Positions 51,351 through 64,000 of a stretch of DNA of 64,000 bases are shown piece after piece. Each line of letters opens with the position of its first letter. The stretch's first letter is position 1. The notes under the pieces were generated by a model, which made no database searches, had not been told where the DNA came from, and saw only the letters and a program-made list of their open reading frames with translations. This DNA is from Lama guanicoe. Its lineage: Eukaryota. The stretch lies in NCBI GenBank assembly GCA_013239625.1, contig MU053504.1, positions 2,054,607 through 2,118,606 of the forward strand, in the 5' to 3' direction. The position numbers were made by a program, and so were the translations under genes.

Positions 51351-53643
51351 GCTTTGGGACCCCACCCATGTCCTGCGGAGGGTGGGGGCCTGGAGAGACT
51401 TCTGTGTCTGGGCGTCTGGCATGGGGCAGGGGCTGCTCCAGGGAGCCAATCTGTGGAGGACACGGTGCTTAGGCCAGAGGTGGAGACCCCGTGGTTGAGT
51501 GTGTGTATTTGAGGGGTGCCTGCAGGGGGAGTTCCCACTGCCCGTGGTCCAGAAAGTTCAGGAGTGGTTGGATGGCCCGGGTGCCAGACTGTGGGCTGGC
51601 CTCATGAACAGGGACCTCTGGTTTCTCTCTCTGAGGCCGGCCTGGGGATCCAGGTGGGGTGGGGTCTGGGCTCCCTGCGGCCTTGCAGTGGAGCCAGGCT
51701 GTAAAGCTTACTTGTGTGGGGGAGAGTCTGGGAGGAAGGGAGCTCTGAAATATGGACTCCCTGTGAACCCAAAGGCAGCCGTGGATCCCCAGAAGGTGAA
51801 AGAGGTGATGAGGGACAGTGGGCAGAGGGTAGGAGGGGCTTCAGGCCCTAGGCTGTGTGGGAGAGAGGTTGTTTGTTAATTGGCTGCTCCCACGATGAGG
51901 ACCCATGGGGGTGGGCAGGATGTATGCAAAGAAAAGTTAAATACAGGCAGGGCCCTCGGGAGGCATTTCAGTCACCCCTTGCCCCAGCCCAGAAGGCAGA
52001 CTCCATATCCCTCAGGCTCCCACTGGCCCCTCTCCTTGAGGGCTCCTCTCCAGATAGAGACTGGGGCAGCCCTTTGAGTGCCACTTCTGATCTGTCCCTT
52101 GGGCCCTGGTTGGCTCAATCTGTGGCTTGGGAGAAATACTTGTGGCCTCTCTTTGCTTGCTGACCGAGTGCTCTTCCATTAAAGAACTGGCAGGATGCTG
52201 AGCAGAGAACAGTGGATGGGAGAGGCAGGGTCCCAGTGAAAGGAGGCCTGAGGGGGTATGGAGATGAGCTGAAAAGATGGGGTGGGCTCTTTGTCCTCCT
52301 GGGCAGAAGACAGGTGTGTGTGGAGCCTTGAAATCCAGCAACATCACATGCTTCCCATGCTCTGGGGGACATAACCAGCCTCATCACCCCAATCCGAGGA
52401 AGAGATCATCGGAGATTTGTCTCCATCAGGCAAAAAGTCCTAGGCTTTTATGAGTCTAGGGGACACTCTGGGATGGGAGTCTCCCTACTCAGTTTTGAGT
52501 CTCTACTCAGCCACACCCTGTCCTGGTCCCCAGTCATGCCTGTTGGGTAGAAGTCAGGGTCAGGGATCAGAGTAAAACTGAAGATTAGAAGTCAATATGA
52601 AACCAAGGGCTAGGGGTCAGTCCACAGGCAGGGTTAAGGGTCTGTCTGTGGGTATGGTCAGGGTCAGGCTGGGGCCAGAATTTAGCCTCCTCTTGTAGCC
52701 AGGAAATGAAGCTACTCTCTGTGTAAATCAAATTGCCCCACCCAATTATTCTCAAACCCATAAGCATCACCACTGAAATTACTGAGTCCCTGGGGCAGGG
52801 ATCTAATTCCCCCATTTCCAGCTGTAGATTCTGCCCAGATGCAGCTTTTAGGAGATATGGTTGTCCTGAGCACCACAATCAGCACACCATACAGTGGGTG
52901 TGTATGCGCAGTGCGGGATGGCCCTGAAGGCAGAGGGGGCATGTGTGCACGCTTGTGTGGCTGCCACCCCCTCTACCTCCACCTCGCAAAGCATCAGCAG
53001 GATCCTCCTTCTTTAACACTGATTGATTTAGGGCCTCCCTCCCTCTGTAAAGAACTCAGAATGACTAGAATAAAAGCCTCAATGAGACCAAAACCTTCTA
53101 ACAAGGGAACATTCAGTATCCACATCATGGAGGGAAAGAACACTGTTCACATCTGTCCAACTCCCCGCTTTAATCAACAACCTTCCTCCCTTACTTGGAC
53201 TCGATCCTCACAAGGCCCTTGCACGATCCATTTCACAGGAAAGAGCACTGAGGCACAGAGAGGCAAGATAATGCACACCAGCCAGATATCATAATAGGCT
53301 CTTGTCAGCCCCGAGACCCCAGTGTAGGGGTGTTCAGTGTATCACACACTCAGAGATGGGACTAGCTGGATCAGCTTCCCAGAGCTGGGGAGATTATAGA
53401 CACGTGGTTGGACATGGAATCTGTTTAGAGTGACGACTCCTGAAGCCTTTTTTCCTGGTGGTTCTAGATGGTTTCTGCTTCAAATGCAATAGCTTTGGTT
53501 CGGAAAATTCATTCATTCATTCAACAAAGTGTTTCCCTGGTGCTTAGTGCAGAACCTGGCAGAAGGAAAGTTCAATAAGTTTTTGCTGAAGAATTGAAAC
53601 AATGTGCAAAAAAGACTGCCAACTTCTCCCTCCTGGCCTTGAT

Positions 53644-53832
53644 CCAGTAGTGTGCTGGTAAATGTTTTACAGTCAGCTCTCCAAGAGGGAGAAAAACCTG
53701 ATCTGCAGTGTTTGCCAGTTTTAGCGGAGTAATCACCATGGCTGATTTCAAGCTATCGATGTGATGTCAGTGAATGCAGATGCACAGAGTTAGCTCTTGG
53801 GAGCTGGTGGGAACCACATCCAGAATGACACT
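53644..53832. mobile_element. MER63-like hAT DNA transposon
   Basis: ccagtagtgtgctggtaaatgttt...caccatggctgatttcaagcta. Confidence 0.7.
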
Positions 53833-54277
53833 CCATCACCATGAGCTGGGCTCCTGTCCCTGGCTCTCAAGGCCCAGACCCACCCCCATCATTTGCTTTC
53901 TCTTTTCTCAGCATCACCCAGCTGCTCTGCAAACGCCCATGACCTACCCCTATGTTTCCCCTGATTCTGATTCCTGGACATCCCCCTGTGCACCTCTGAT
54001 GATAGTAGGACTGCGTGTATCTGGAAATCTCCATGGTGCTGGCCATGAGGGAATATCCTGGACATGCCTGGGTGTCTGTCCATGATGGGGCTGGGTTGTG
54101 GGAACTCTGTGGGAGCAAGGGTGTGTACTTGTGTGTGTGTGTGGGTGTGACAGTGCCCAGCTCTGTGTCTGCCTGTGTTCTGGTAGCAAAACTTCCTGAT
54201 CAGCCATTGCTACAGAGAGGGAATGGGCTCTGGGCCACCCCCACCCTTGTTTAGCCCCCAGCTGAGACTGGACCAGG

Positions 54278-54440
54278 AAGCACTTCTCAAACATTAGGGT
54301 GCTCCCTACCACCTGGGAACTTGTTATAAAGCAAGTGCTAACTCAGTGGGCCCAGGACGGAGCCCCAGAGCCTGCATTTCTAACAAGCTCCCCGGGGATC
54401 CAGTGCTGCTGTTGTGATACCGCACTTGGAGTAACAAAGC
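54278..54440. mobile_element. MER5A-like hAT-Charlie DNA transposon
   Basis: ttctcaaac...cctgcatttctaacaagctccc...cacttggagtaaca. Confidence 0.75.
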
Positions 54441-54879
54441 TGTCAATGACCTGAGGACAGTGCCTCTAGTTTGGCCCCCAGAACGTCACAGACACAAGCT
54501 CAAGGTCCTCCCTCTTCGAAAAGGAAATAAAAACCTGTCCTCCCATCCTCGAGCTCTATGTTCCTGCAGGTGCTGCGCGCATCAGCTCCTGCTCTCAGCC
54601 AAGCTTCCCCGCAGTGCCAGCTCCGTTCTCTCACCCCTGTTCCCTCCTCGCGCAGGCTTACTTGACTCCCACTCCATCTCCATCATGTCACCGAAATGCC
54701 ATGAGCCATTAGAACAGGTGTTTCCAGTCTTATCTAAAATCTCTGAAGGCATCTGCCTTCATAGCCTTCTCTTATCAAGATCTTCCTGAAGCCATAGCAG
54801 GCATCTCGGTCTTCCTGGCCAGCCCCCTTCCTCCAGTCAACGTTTATTCACAGCGTCTCCTCCCTTCCCTTCCCCTATT

Positions 54880-55630
54880 CTACTCTCTGCCAAGCCTCCT
54901 GTGACAATGACTTCCAAACACACATCTCCACCTCAGATTTCTCCCTGACCTCTGGATCATACGTCATCAAACTTTGGTCTGTTCTCTCAACAGTTTCAAA
55001 GCTGTACCCAGAACACTGCCCCTTTCCCCCACCAGCCTGCCCTGCCCTGGGATTCTCCATCTCACCATCCATCTCCTAGCTTGGACCAGACAATGTCACC
55101 CTTCTTCTTTCTAGCCTCCCATGTCCAATCTAGCTATCCTCCATCAGCCTTGGTGATTTTAACCTCTAACTTAAATGTCTGCACATCTTACTCAAGACAC
55201 ACAGCCCCCACCATCCTCTGTTGCCTGGAGCACTGACTGGGCTCCTGCTTCCATGTGGTCCTGCTGCAGTCCACACTTCCCTTGCAGCCAGAGGATGCAG
55301 ATTTAGTCATGCCCCTGCCTCCATTCTGCCACTTGAAACCTTTCAAGATTTGCTATTGCCGTTTATGTAAAACCAGACCTAAAATTGGGTCCACCAGGCT
55401 CTGCCTGCAGGGTCAGCCCAGCCCAGCCCTTCTCTCCAGCCTTGCCACTCTCCCCTTTCTGCCTCACTTACATCCTTCACAGTATCGTTCGTAGTCTCAG
55501 ATCCTGTCTCTGATTATGAATGTATCCCCACCAGGCTGTGGGCCCCCAGGACAGGGACAGTATCTCTCTGGGTCACTGATGTCCTCCATCACCTGGCAGA
55601 GAGTGGGCACCCAAAAACATTTAGAAGCAT
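54880..55630. mobile_element. L2 LINE fragments
   Basis: Pyrimidine-rich atgacttccaaa...atctcc...cagatttctccctga... and 3'-end-like ccaggacagggacagtatctctct...cactgatgtcctcc. Confidence 0.55.
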
Positions 55631-55953
55631 CCTGATTCCAACAAAGCAACTGTCAAAAAGACATTTTTGAGGCAAGCTGGGACTGTGGGATCGAGCATTG
55701 GATGAAATTAGGGAACTACTGTTGATTTTATTAGACATGATAATAGTGTTGTGGCAATGTTTTTTAAAAAGTCTCTGTTAGAGATATATTAAAGAATTTA
55801 TAGGCCAAGCAACGTGATGTCTGGGATGTGCTTCAAAGGACTCCAGCTGAAAGTAAATAAATAAAATAAATAAGCATTCAGTGAGGTAACAAAGGAACAA
55901 ATAAATGCCATTCTGCTTCTCTGTTCCTGTTTACAGCCACAGCGCCTGCAGAG

Positions 55954-55996
55954 ATGCTGGCGGTCCCGGAGATCAGCCTGCAGGGGCTGCACATCG
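55954..55996 (+). CDS. HSPA12B: HSPA12B exon 2 coding part (exon from 55937)
   Basis: [14 protein letters not shown]; acceptor tttacag at 55936, donor G|gtaaga. Confidence 0.9.
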
Positions 55997-58900
55997 GTAA
56001 GACCTGCCCCCTCCCCTCTGCCTGGCCCGCCCCACCCCCACCTCCCACTCAGACCCACCCCGAATCTGTCCACACGTGCCCCTCCCAGCAGAGGCTCCCC
56101 AGAGCCATTCTGTGAGACGGTGTATCCAGGAGGGTCGGTGCACACAGGACCGTGTATGTGAGAGTGTGTGTGCTTCTGTGGGCCTGGATGGCAGGCCTGT
56201 TCATGGGGCCTTTGTCTGCAAGTGTGTGTATGCGGGGCAGGTCTCTGTGCACAGAACTGTATGCATGTGCATGTGTTTTGTGCAGGGTCTGTGTGTAGTA
56301 TGTCTGCCTGTCTCTCTGTGTGAAGGTCTCTGGGCACAGGATTTTGTGTGAGAGTGTGTATGTCTGCTCAGAATTCTTTGTGTGTATGTGCGCTCCTGCC
56401 TGTGGCCTGGCCTGGGAGCAGGCTCTGGGTTCTGTGCAGGGGTAGGAGGCCAGGAGGCAGGCGGGACACACCTCAGGAAGTTCACTCACAAAGAACTGGC
56501 GGGCTGGGCCTTCCTTCCTGCCTCCCTTCCCAGGCTCAAGCGACAGCAACTTTGCCCCTCCAGCTGGAGCTGGTGACAGGGCCCAAGCCTGCACTTGTCG
56601 CCTGAGGAAAGGGAGTTCTGGAACTGTGACCATCATGTCCCTGCCCCTCCAGCACCTCAAGACAGACACCAGCCCTGTCCAGGCACTTCCTAGAGTCCCT
56701 GACATGCTTAGCCCCTTACATATGTTCCCAGGGTACCCCAAGGCCAGAGAGGGCCTGGACCTATCAGGGCCACACGGCTGTGACTGTGGGAGTGCAGGCC
56801 TTGGCCCTGGCTCAGCCTAAAGCCAGATAGATCTGTTTGATTTGCTGATATGTCTTCATGCCAGACCCCATCGGTCTTTCTGGCCAGCCTCCCCATCCCC
56901 ATACATGAATCTCAGAGCTACCCCAGTGCCCGTCACAGGGGCCTTAGCGAAGCCCAGTGTGTGGTGATAAGCCACCAGCCCACACCAGGAGGATGTCCGG
57001 CCAGGCAGTGGCCTGAGCCACTCCTGCCCCCTTAGCGCCTGAGCCTCCAAGCCAGGCTTTGGGCTGCCTTCCAGGCGCTGGGCTGCTTCTTCCCACCAAA
57101 GGTCCAGCTCAGGCCTGGGCCAGTGAGAGGGTCTCAGTGGCTCCAGGTGTATGTGTGTTGTGAGAGAGCAGAGGCTTGGAATCTGATTTCCTAGTCTGTG
57201 GACACCTCTTGGCTCAGGGCTGGGGGAGATGCTGTCCCCACCGTTGATCCTCACCAGTCAGCCTGCTAGGCCTGTCCCTGGTCCTTGTTGGGGAGAGGGG
57301 AGGGGAGGCAACTCCGTCAGGTCCTGATTAGAGCCATGTGGCTGAACTTTACAGGGAAGAGGAGCAGGCCCACCTCCCACTCAGTTAGGCCTGTAGTTCT
57401 CCCACCTTTTCTGGTTTTCCTGGACTCAGTCTCCCCTGCCCCCACAATACTTCTCTGTCTCCTCACTTCACTGTGTCTGAGGGGCTCTGGGAGAAACAGT
57501 GAGTTCTTAGGTGAAGCATGAGTCACCCCTCAGGAACAGGTTGCCTCTAACGGATACCAGGCCCTGAGCTAGGGCACCACCAACCCCTCCTCGGTCTTGG
57601 CCTTTCTACCCTCCCTCCCTCGTTCCCCTTCCCCAGCAGAGTTTCCCTTACCTTGGCCCAGCAATGACTGATGGAGAGCCTCCCAGGCCTGGGGCCGGGC
57701 CAGCAGCCCCTTACCCTGACAATGCCAGAGTGACTTCCCTTTCTTTGCAGGCTCCAGCCCAGAGCGGTCTCCGGTGCCCAGCCCACCCGGCTCCCCAAGG
57801 ACCCAGGAAAGCTGTGGCATTGCCCCACTCACACCCTCACAGTCTCCAGTAAGCCTAGAGCAGGGATGAGGGTGGTAGGTGGCTGGGGGGGTGGAGGGGG
57901 GTCACGCCAGTGTCCGTCACTGGGGCTGGGCTGGCGGTGCCACCCGGCCTCCTGCCCCTTCTCACTCCACTCATGTTCTCCCCAGAAGGGTTAGCCTTAG
58001 GTGGCCTTGGCCCATAGGAGTAACAGTTCTACTGAGGTGAGCCAGCTCCAAGGTGACGTTCAGGGACCATTGTCTCCCTCTAGCCTGCCTGGGCCAAGTA
58101 TACTTCTGAGCAAGTAGCTTTCCTAGGTCCTCAGAGCACTGGACCTCCCCTCCTGTCAACCACAGCCCCACCTTAATGCCAAGTATACATAAAAAAGACC
58201 GTCCTTTGCCTAAAGTCACACGTCTACTAATGACAAAGTAAGAGTTCAGCCAGCTCTGTCTAGCCTTTGGTTATTTCAGTAGTGAGATCGCAGGTAATAT
58301 TTTTTTCTCCTTTTTTTAAAAGAAAATACTTCCTCTGTATTTTATAAATCTTAAGTGGTAATATTGCTTTTATAGTTAGGTAGTAAATGTTATGAAAGTA
58401 GAGATAAAACATTTTTACATAATCTGAAGAAGAGGGAAAAAAGAGATTTTTTTCCTATTGAGAAACATGTCGCTGTTTCTCTTCTCCGTCCTGGACTGTT
58501 TGCTGTGATTGCACCTGCTGTGTTTTGCTGAAATGGCCTGAAAACAGATGGAAACAATATGTTCTTCAAGCCTGAAAATATCTACTTCAATTTATAGCTT
58601 TATTAATGCCTGTATGATCAGATTATGCAAAAAATTAGTGTATATTATTATCTAAACTTCTTCAAGCACTAATTCTTAATAAAAATATAGAACAATTTGA
58701 AAAATACAAGGTATATCTAGGGAAGAGGAGATGCATTGCTAAAAAATAGTTTGGCAACTGCTAGCTTGAAGCATCCAGGACATAACCACCCTCCTGCAAG
58801 CTCCCTGGGTCTCCCCACCTGGGATGACGTCACTGTAGTGATCCAGCCTGTGGACCCCCTTGTTCTCAGGGAGCCCAGGCCTGGCCTGGGAGAAGGCAGG

Positions 58901-61900
58901 GCCCACTCCTCGGCATGTGGATGGGGCCTCTCTTCTCTGCTACAGAGCTGGACAGAGTCTGGCTGTGTCACTGTGGCCACAAAGAGCAAGAGGGTCAAAT
59001 AGACACAAGTCCGTGTGTTGTGAAGCTGCTCCGAGCAGCAAAATTGCTCCCAGCTGGGCCCAGGCTGTGAAATGGTGTGAGATGGGGGTGGGGCCAAGGC
59101 AGTACAGGCAGAAAGTGGCCTGAGAATTGGAAGTAGGGAAGGAGGAGCTTGAGCCCAAAACTTCATGGGGCTACCTGAGAGGCCTTGGCCTTTCTGAGCA
59201 GTTAGCATCTCCAGGGCTCAGCCTGGAGATTAGGAGGGGAAGGGGAGCAGGCAGGCGGGTGGTGGGTGGGGCTGGGCAGGGCCGGTCTGGACCACAAACA
59301 GGAGGGGAGGAGCTCCCACAAGCAGCCAGCCTGGCCCTCTGGCTGCTCCTTGACTTGGTCTTGCACTTGCAGAAGCCAGAGGCCCGGGCCCCGCAGCGGG
59401 CCCCCTTCTCCGTGGTAGTGGCCATCGACTTTGGCACCACATCCAGTGGCTATGCCTTCAGCTTTGCCAGTGACCCTGAAGCCATCCACATGATGAGGTG
59501 AGGGTGGCTGGGCTGGGAGATTGGTGGGGAGGTCCTAGACCCTGGGAGAAGCCTGGTCCTAGAAGTACTGTCACCGTGTAGACATGAGGTCTCCTCAGAG
59601 CTCCTTCCACTCGTAGTCTGGGCTCCCCACTGGGGCAAAAGGTTGGAGGATGGGGCCCAGGCGTGGGGCCCCAATAGGTGTAGCTCTCTGACCCCTGCGG
59701 GAAATGTTGACCTTTGTTTTTAAGTTTTTTATTGAGATATAATGAATATTCAGTAAAACACACAAATCTTTTTCTGAGCTTGTCACAAACGCACACACGC
59801 ACGCATACATGCACAAATATGTGTTTTTAAAATAAAAGTGGGATATCATACAATTTGCTTTATTTTAAATTTTCAACACTATTTTGTCGATGTTTTACAT
59901 CAATACATAGACAGCCACCATTTTCTTTTGACGGTTGCATAGGATTCCACAGTACAGATGTGTCATAATTTATCCATTCTTCTATGGATAGTTTTGAAGG
60001 AATTTTTCCCTCTAATTTTTCACTATTACAAAAAGTGCTGCAATGAATATCCTTCTTTGAAAATTTGTGCTGGAATTTCTATGTGGTAGATTCCTAGAGG
60101 CAGGTTCCTTGGTCCAGCATCTCAAATGAAATACAAGGAAATGAAGGATCAGAGGGTTAACTGAGTTGACAAGTCACACAGTTGTTATGAAAGACGTGTT
60201 TGAAAAATCCCTTCTGATGGAGTTTGTTGAGTTTTGTTTGAACGAAACATTTGTTTGAAACTCCCCTTCAGGCCTCAAGACCCTGATCCTTTGAATGTAT
60301 TTTAATGGGGCTGCAGCCAGTAGGAGGAAGACCCCAAAGCTCCCAACCTAGACTGGGATGGGGGCTCATGGGGCTTCACTAGGGCCTGGGAGGCTGGATG
60401 GAAGGGTGGATGGAGAGACAGGCAAAGGGTCACTGCCCCAACGACATAAGGAACTTGACCTGCATGAGCATGGATTGTCCTTCCCCTTTCTCTGCTCCCT
60501 CCACATCCAAGAGAGGCCACAAAGGCTCTGGGCACTTAGATCTCTCTTGGAGCCGCAGGACATCCCAGCTTGTCAGCACACATAGCTGAGGCTATGGTGG
60601 GTGCCGTGCTGGGACTGAGGAAACATGAAGAGACACTGCGGAGGGAACAGTCACAGGAAGTAACTGGGGGACAGTCTGGCCTCCTCCCAAACCCTTCCCA
60701 CCCCCACTAACCACCAAGCCTCATCATTTATATCTCCCTAATATCTCTGTAATACCCATCCACTTCTCTCCACCGCAACCGCCCCTAAGTTCGGTCCCAC
60801 CCTCTCTCAGATGATTGCAATATCCTCCTCCCTGGATTTCCTTCTCCATCCTCCCTCCCCTCTAGTCTGTTGCTATATGGGGACCAGTGACCTTCCTAAA
60901 GGCAGATGTGATCATGCCTCTTTGCTCCCCTACTGAAAACCCAAGAGAGAATTCTAATATGGCATTTGATACTCCTGCTTAATTGACCTTAATGATCTTG
61001 TATTTTCTCTTGCTGCATATTGAGCCAGTTTATAGCTAATTCTCCCTGCTCTTTCATAGCTTCAAGCTTTTGCACATTCTGTTCCTTCCACCTGGATTCT
61101 CAGTTCTTTCCCCAAAAAACCTGCAGTGGTGAGCTTGGCCTCACTCTGATGCCTAAGAGTCAGGGCATCAAAGAAGGCAGAGGAAGGGGAGGAAGGATTG
61201 GCCAGGCCAATGACCTGGGCAGGGAGCTCTGGGTGGAGGTTCAGATGATGGCGGGGGATGTTTGGTATCTTAGGGTTTAGGGGCCCACTGGAGGTGCAGT
61301 CACCTGGGGTGTAGCTGCTGAGGTGGGTCAGATAGGAGTGATCATGAATGCCTTGAAAGAACTTGGCTGCGGAAGATGGCCTAGAGGAGGGCAAACCAGC
61401 TACCTGGGAGTAGATCTCTGCCAGGGTCCTGGAGAGACACATCCATCACGCCAGACCAGGCAGGTGGATGATGGCTTGCTGCCACTTGTTAAGACAACAG
61501 GGAAGTATGGTCAAATGGTGTACCTCACGGTAGGGAGCAAGAGCTGAGAATGTCAGATGGGACCCATGGCCCCAGGGATAGAGAAGATCCCACGAGCAAC
61601 ATTTGTAGCAATTTAAGTGGATGCCAAGCACCATATTCACAAGAACCCTAAGAGGTAGGTACTATTATTCCCATTTTACATATGGAAAGACTGAGGCTTG
61701 GGGAAGCCAAGTGGCCTTCCTGTGGTCACACAGCTGGTCCCAGAGCCAGCACCCAACTCCCTGAAGGGAGGTTTACTGCTGACCACACTGACAGCCCTGT
61801 GCCTCCACAGGAAATGGGAGGGTGGGGACCCAGGTGTGGCCCACCAGAAGACCCCCACCTGCCTGCTGCTGACCCCGGAGGGCGCCTTTCACAGCTTTGG

Positions 61901-62785
61901 CTATACAGCCCGTGATTATTACCATGATCTGGACCCTGAGGAGGCTCGGGACTGGCTCTACTTCGAGAAGTTCAAGATGAAGATCCACAGTGCTACTGTG
62001 AGTCACATGGTGGCTCAGGGCCCAGCTCCACCAGGGAGGCAAGGCTAGGAGGGGGAGCAGCAGGAAGTCTCATGAAAGGTGGGCAAAGCTGAAAGGTGAG
62101 GAGTGGCCTGGTGGAGGAGTAGCTAGGGGGGCCGAGTTTAGATGTAAGGGATGAAGGCATGACCAAGGGGTGAAGATAAGGTAGGAGGAACAGGGCTGAA
62201 CAGAGGGGCAGGGGACAGAACTAATGTGAGATCAGAGCCAGAGCAGGACAGTGCCAAAGAGGGGAAGCACCCGGAAATGGGGTGATTATAAGATGTCATC
62301 AGGAAATGGAGGCAGAGCTATGACCTCCTGCAGTCGTCCCGTGTCCCTACCAGGATCTCACCTTGAAGACCCAGCTAGAAGCGGTGAATGGAAAGAAAAT
62401 GCCTGCCCTGGAGGTGTTTGCCCATGCCCTGCGTTTCTTCAAGGAACATGCTCTTCAGGTGTGCTGCCTACTGGGGCGGAGGATCCCCAGGTCCAACATT
62501 TCCCTGCTACCTATCCAATGGGTAGCCACTGGCAGAGTCAATGGTCATCCCCTCCAGTCCCCTGCCTTCCTATTGGTGGAGCCTCCATCAGCCCTATAGG
62601 TGTTGGGGAGGTGGGGTTTGGGGGTTAAGGATTCTCCCAAGTCCCCTCACTGCCCCCTTTTGCTCCAGGAGCTGAGGGAGCAGTGCCCGTCACTTCCAGA
62701 GAAGGATGCTGTGCGCTGGGTGTTGACGGTGCCCGCTATCTGGAAACAGCCGGCCAAGCAGTTCATGCGGGAGGCAGCCTACCTG
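55954..62785 (+). CDS. HSPA12B: Heat shock 70 kDa protein 12B, 5' part (coding exons 2-7; gene continues beyond right edge)
   Basis: join(55954-55996,57751-57848,59373-59497,61811-61997,62354-62458,62669-62785) = 675 nt, 225 codons, all [34 protein letters not shown]...[16 protein letters not shown] (atypical Hsp70 phosphate-1 motif)...[23 protein letters not shown]. Confidence 0.96.
57751..57848 (+). CDS. HSPA12B: HSPA12B exon 3
   Basis: [33 protein letters not shown]; tttgcag / gtaagc. Confidence 0.93.
59373..59497 (+). CDS. HSPA12B: HSPA12B exon 4
   Basis: [42 protein letters not shown]; ttgcag / gtgagg. Confidence 0.95.
59720..60115 (-). mobile_element. Old L1 (L1ME-like) fragment
   Basis: ttttattgagatataat...tcataatttatccattcttctatgga...cactattacaaaaagtgctgcaatgaatatcctt. 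Confidence 0.65.
61645..61760 (-). mobile_element. MIR SINE
   Basis: aggtaggtactattattcccattttacatatggaaagactgaggctt...ggtcacacagctgg. Confidence 0.75.
61811..61997 (+). CDS. HSPA12B: HSPA12B exon 5
   Basis: [24 protein letters not shown]...[12 protein letters not shown]; ccacag / gtgagt. Confidence 0.95.
62354..62458 (+). CDS. HSPA12B: HSPA12B exon 6
   Basis: [35 protein letters not shown]; accag / gtgtgc. Confidence 0.95.
62669..62785 (+). CDS. HSPA12B: HSPA12B exon 7
   Basis: [39 protein letters not shown]; tccag / gtgagg. Confidence 0.95.
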
Positions 62786-63002
62786 GTGAGGATGTGCAGG
62801 CGGAGCAGTGGACGTTGCTTGGGAGGGTCCCGGCATGGCCCCATTTCCTCATTCACCACAGTCATTGTGTAAAGACTGCTGGCCTTCCCCTGCTGGGCAT
62901 TTTAGAGGGTTGTTGCCACCAAGACAGGGCAACATAAACACGAAAAGCCTGCAGGAACAGAGAGCAGAGGGACAAGAGGCACAGCGCAGGCTAGCTTAAC
63001 CA

Positions 63003-63440
63003 GGGTCTTAAGTCAGGTTTCCTAGAGGCAGAGCCCAAGATGGGGCTTCTTGTGCCTGCGGTCTGTTGAAGAAGGACTCTCAGGGGAAAGGGGAGTGAGG
63101 AAAGCAGGAGAAAGAGCTGAGCAGGCATGTGTCTCACTTGGAGTCTAGCCTCAGTCTGAGCCCCTGAAGAGCTCTGGAGGAGAATGTACCCTGGTGTTGG
63201 CCACGGTGGGGCAGGGAGGTGGCTTTTGTTCCATCCATATCAGTCTGTCATTGGTTACTGGGGGAGTGGGGGGGGACCTCTCCAAGTGAGGCGGTTCTCA
63301 TTTAGCTGAGGGCAGTTCTTCAGAGAAGGGACAGCTGTGAGCCAATAGCAGCTAACACTCACAGTAGCTGGGCAGGACACCAAGAACATCCACTTCAGCC
63401 AGTATCAGTATTTTCTGGAACCCCACCCCCACCACAGTCC
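63003..63440 (-). mobile_element. LTR16-like ERVL LTR
   Basis: gtcttaagtcaggtttcctagaggcagagccc...tcagtctgtcattgg...ctgagggcagttctt...gctgtgagccaatagcagc. Confidence 0.6.
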
Positions 63441-64000
63441 CAACTACTGCAAGTTCTTGAACAGGGGGAAAAGGACTATGAAACTCTGAAGGGAGGTGAT
63501 TTTGGCCAATGTTTGCTGGTCTTTCTACCATAAGAGATGCCCAAAGCTCTGGAGAAAGGGGGGCCACAGCTCAGACACCCTCTTTCCAGTGGAGATAGGG
63601 AGGTGGGAGAGGGGCTCATTGCTTGATCCTGCTCCTGCCCCTGGAGCCTTGGGGGACACCCTAGGACCTCCAAAAGAGATCTCAGGAATTCCAGTGCACC
63701 CTCCCTGGAGGATACCAGGGCCCCCAACCCCTACAGACATACCTGTGGACCGGGCATGCCCCAGGTGCCAGGTCTGTAGGTGCATCCACTTGTTTCTGGA
63801 AGGAGCTAACCCCAAGGCCAGTGGGCATCCTCTCTGCAGAGACCAGGATTAAAGCAAGGCTGTACCCAGCCAGAACAAACACCCTCACCCCAGTGCCCCA
63901 CTGCTGGTGTACCCACCCTGCTTCCTCCTATACTGCTTGCTGCCTGTCAGGTCAGGAAGGGCTGGCCCTGGGCAAGAAGTCTCTATACCCACCCATCCCC

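Noticed and set aside
50549..51538. 329-aa minus-strand ORF over the HSPA12B CpG island
   Set aside because: Low-complexity Pro/Ala/Arg frame expected in CpG islands

Overview
Mammalian genomic DNA, not prokaryotic. It is probably a camelid, inferred from a short tRNA-Ala-like SINE and from L1 3' UTRs. The window holds the conserved syntenic block ADAM33 - SIGLEC1 - HSPA12B. ADAM33 (minus strand) is present as coding exons 1-11 (8353 to 56; signal peptide, prodomain and metalloprotease domain with [12 protein letters not shown]) and runs off the left edge. SIGLEC1/sialoadhesin/CD169 (minus strand) is complete: 21 coding exons, 31989 to 16319, 1710 or 1716 aa, with 1 V-set + 16 C2 Ig domains, a TM segment and a short Tyr-free tail; a probable non-coding exon 1 lies at ~36435-36570 and the polyA signal at 14805-14810. 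HSPA12B (plus strand) has a CpG-island promoter, a non-coding exon 1 and coding exons 2-7, and runs off the right edge. I read all coding splice junctions by eye; all are GT-AG and keep frame. The remainder is introns and interspersed repeats (L1, HAL1, MIR, L2, MaLR/ERVL LTRs, hAT MERs, a SINE, a solo ERV1-type LTR); subfamily names are by-eye calls. I found no new gene system, and nearly all entries in the ORF track are GC-rich noise or exon read-throughs. The most notable smaller observations are a solo LTR with a 4-bp TSD nested in an MLT1, an ISRE/PU.1 element and a 50-nt candidate cassette exon in SIGLEC1 intron 1, several routes to soluble or tail-variant SIGLEC1, in-frame stop-free short introns in ADAM33 and SIGLEC1, and a CTCF-like site between the divergent SIGLEC1 and HSPA12B promoters.
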